This document shows positions 6,633-8,748 of a stretch of DNA of 8,748 nucleotides, piece by piece. The first letter of the stretch is position 1; each line of letters opens with the position of its first letter. A program made the position numbers and the translations under genes. A model generated the notes under the pieces. That model was given only the letters and a program-made list of their open reading frames with translations, had not been told where the DNA came from and did not search any database. Origin of the DNA: a virus (Duplodnaviria; Heunggongvirae; Uroviricota; Caudoviricetes); IMG/VR virus record IMGVR_UViG_2541047780_000006, one strand, 5' to 3'.

Positions 6633-6656
6633 AAAAAAGGCGCCATTTCTGGCGCC
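6633..6656 (-). terminator. Rho-independent terminator between J and lom
   Basis: Minus-strand RNA reads GGCGCCA, loop GAAA, UGGCGCC, followed immediately by UUUUUU (rc of 6633-6638). It lies about 20 nt after the J stop and about 25 nt before the lom start. Confidence 0.6.
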
Positions 6657-6675
6657 CGTATTGGGGTTATAAAAT

Positions 6676-8748
6676 TCAGCTAATCGTGATGCCTGCAGTG
6701 GCTTTCTTCATCACAACAACCAGCAAATCGCTGATACTTGCTGTGGGATACCAGCCATTTACCCACCATGCTGATACAGAAAACTCCAGCGTCATGTGAC
6801 CGCGACCAGCAGGCATATCAATAACACCACTGTAAACCAGCGTATTATCCAGCGCGGTACGGTTATAAATTTCAGCACCGTTTTTCTTCACTATCAGGCG
6901 GCATGACGAATAAGTATCGCTGTTCTCCCGCTCATGTCTGGCACCGCTGAAAGCCACCGCCGGAATAACAATCTGCCGGTTAAACGGCTGATCGTCATAA
7001 ACCCTGACGGTAATGGTTCCTGATGGCCAACGCTTCGGTGCACGGGAGTCACGAGGGAAAGCCTTACCCACTGTTTTAACGAGATCGCCTTCAATCTGGT
7101 TTGCAGACAGTTTCCCTCTGATGACACAGTTCTCGTTAATGGTGACATTATTGAGCGTGCCGGTATTCGCCGTGATGGCTCCACTGATATCCGCATTGCG
7201 GGCTGTCAGCCTGCCATCCGGCGTCAGGGAAAACGTCGGAGGATTGCCGGATGACGTGATGCTCACCGCAAACAGTCGCTTCAGGAACACGTCGTTCATG
7301 AACAGCTGATTCCCCTGCGCCACAAACAGCGGCGTGGTGTTGCCGTTCTCCGGGGTAATCATCGCAATGCGATCGGCCTGCAGCAGAATGTTACTCAGGG
7401 TCTGACCATCAACATCCTCAATCCCCGCGCCAATCCCGGCCACATAGGGAATACCGTTTTTTGTTTTCTGCACCTTCAGCATATACATGGCATTCAGCTC
7501 ATTGCGCGTGTCTGACTGAACCCGCTGGATTTGCTGTATGGTCACGGCCTGGTCACCCAGCTTTTTATCCGTGGTCGAGGTAATTTCACTCCCTTTTTTA
7601 TCCACGTACTGGCGGACCTGTGCTATCTGCCGGGCGTTTTCTGACTGCCCCTGGCTGACAGTCTGTGAGATTTCACTGCTCACCCGGTCCACTTTCTGGC
7701 TCATCTGCGCGATGGCCAGTGTCTGGTCCTCATTCTTTTTCGCAACCAGCTGCGTGAGGCTGTTTTCCGCCTCCCCGATTTTCCGGGTCACTTCTGCGAT
7801 ATCCGTGTCCATCCGCTGACGGATGTCTTCTTCCAGTTGCGTGACCTCCGTACGCAGCGCTGAAGCATCAATGCGCTCTTTCAGTGCCTGACCCAGAAGC
7901 GTCTCATCTATCAGCCCCCGGAAAATTTCCAGATACCCTTCACCATCATTGCTGGGCTGCCCGCTGGCTTCCACAAAAGCAGATTTTCCCACCAGGTTGA
8001 CGCTTCGCACGTAAAACCAGAAATCCGTCCCCGGCTTAATCCGGCTCCCCTGGACAGTCCACTGACTGCCGGACCCCAGATAACGGGCAGATTTTTCCAC
8101 CTGTGCCGTGTTCGTGATGCGTTTTTCTGAGAACCAGAATTCAAACTGTATCGTCGGATCATACACCGCAAGACGCGGGACCGCCGTTATCTGAAAATAC
8201 CCCGGCGTCAGCTCAATGGTGGCGGGTTTTGCAGGTGCGTTAATCCGGAAGGTGGTGGTGGCAGGTTCACCCTGCTGGCCATAACTGTTTATCGCCCGCA
8301 CCGTCAGGGTGTATTCCCCCAGTGGCAGGCCACTGAAACGGTGCTCCGTGTCTGCGGTGATGGCGGTGGTCACCAGTCTGGCATCCGTTCCCTTACCACT
8401 GGTCAGGCGCAGACTGAAGCGCACGCCCTTCACCACCCGCGGCGTGTCCCATTTAGCCTGCGCCAGATACTGGCCGTCAGCTGCGCTCACCTCCACCGTC
8501 AGGTGCTGTACTGCCGGTGGGATGACGCTGTTCAGGGAGCCTGACTGCGGCTCAAAGCGGGCACCGTTATCCACGATGGCTTCTTTTTCCGGTACGTGCT
8601 GCACCGCCGTGATGGCAAAGGTGCCGTCCGTGTTTTCCCGGACGGAGACACAGCGGAACAGGCGACGGCGCAGTGACGGCAGGGAGAGTCCCCACACCCC
8701 GTATGTCTCCACACCATCCGGCAGGGTGCTGACCTGTATCCGGTCCGG
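6676..8748 (-). CDS. J: Tail tip host-specificity protein J (central tail fibre), C-terminal ~690 codons; 5-prime end lies beyond the window
   Basis: The reading frame stays open from the window edge at 8748 (in frame, no stop) down to the TGA at 6676-6678. The GTG start at 8710-8712 reported by the ORF finder is therefore internal. Large protein directly upstream of lom, as in lambda. The C-terminal region is the receptor-binding part in lambda J. Confidence 0.9.
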   Translation of the reverse strand, partial: PDRIQVSTLPDGVETYGVWGLSLPSLRRRLFRCVSVRENTDGTFAITAVQHVPEKEAIVDNGARFEPQSGSLNSVIPPAVQHLTVEVSAADGQYLAQAKWDTPRVVKGVRFSLRLTSGKGTDARLVTTAITADTEHRFSGLPLGEYTLTVRAINSYGQQGEPATTTFRINAPAKPATIELTPGYFQITAVPRLAVYDPTIQFEFWFSEKRITNTAQVEKSARYLGSGSQWTVQGSRIKPGTDFWFYVRSVNLVGKSAFVEASGQPSNDGEGYLEIFRGLIDETLLGQALKERIDASALRTEVTQLEEDIRQRMDTDIAEVTRKIGEAENSLTQLVAKKNEDQTLAIAQMSQKVDRVSSEISQTVSQGQSENARQIAQVRQYVDKKGSEITSTTDKKLGDQAVTIQQIQRVQSDTRNELNAMYMLKVQKTKNGIPYVAGIGAGIEDVDGQTLSNILLQADRIAMITPENGNTTPLFVAQGNQLFMNDVFLKRLFAVSITSSGNPPTFSLTPDGRLTARNADISGAITANTGTLNNVTINENCVIRGKLSANQIEGDLVKTVGKAFPRDSRAPKRWPSGTITVRVYDDQPFNRQIVIPAVAFSGARHERENSDTYSSCRLIVKKNGAEIYNRTALDNTLVYSGVIDMPAGRGHMTLEFSVSAWWVNGWYPTASISDLLVVVMKKATAGITIS

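Noticed and set aside
6894-8717. ORFs 6894-7196, 7013-7309, 7538-7819, 7911-8171, 8341-8544, 8532-8717
   Set aside because: Shadow or antisense frames within the J coding region.
1-8748. CRISPR array, tRNA/rRNA genes, IS elements or transposase
   Set aside because: No regularly spaced short direct repeats with unique spacers, no cloverleaf-like tRNA candidates at the putative boundary, and no terminal inverted repeats or transposase-like ORF were seen on either strand.

Overview
This window is the tail-fibre end of a lambda-like prophage from an enterobacterium (most likely Escherichia coli), read on the minus strand from high to low coordinates. All calls rest on reading the ORF translations, recognising motifs and recalling phage lambda proteins; no database search was run. 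In order: the C-terminal ~690 codons of the tail-tip host-specificity protein J (5-prime end outside the window), the outer-membrane moron Lom bracketed by hairpin terminators, a 1008-aa mosaic side tail fibre Stf, and a 194-aa tail fibre assembly protein Tfa overlapping Stf in a TAATG stop/start junction. Beyond tfa lies the most interesting part: an AT-rich, opposite-strand class I SAM-dependent methyltransferase gene (222 aa, YbcY-like) flanked by two ~215-bp direct repeats (~87% identical) made of the tfa 3-prime end plus its downstream hairpin. The distal repeat forms the C-terminal half of a short 89-aa Tfa paralog with its own RBS. Further out are a 56-aa acidic small ORF, a T-tract-rich AT-rich spacer, an orphan 3-prime gene fragment reading away from the prophage (candidate attR region), and a DinI-family gene with a clean terminator. 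No rRNA, tRNA, CRISPR array, transposase or integrase was seen. Most other ORFs in the six-frame track are shadow frames of J, lom, stf and tfa.
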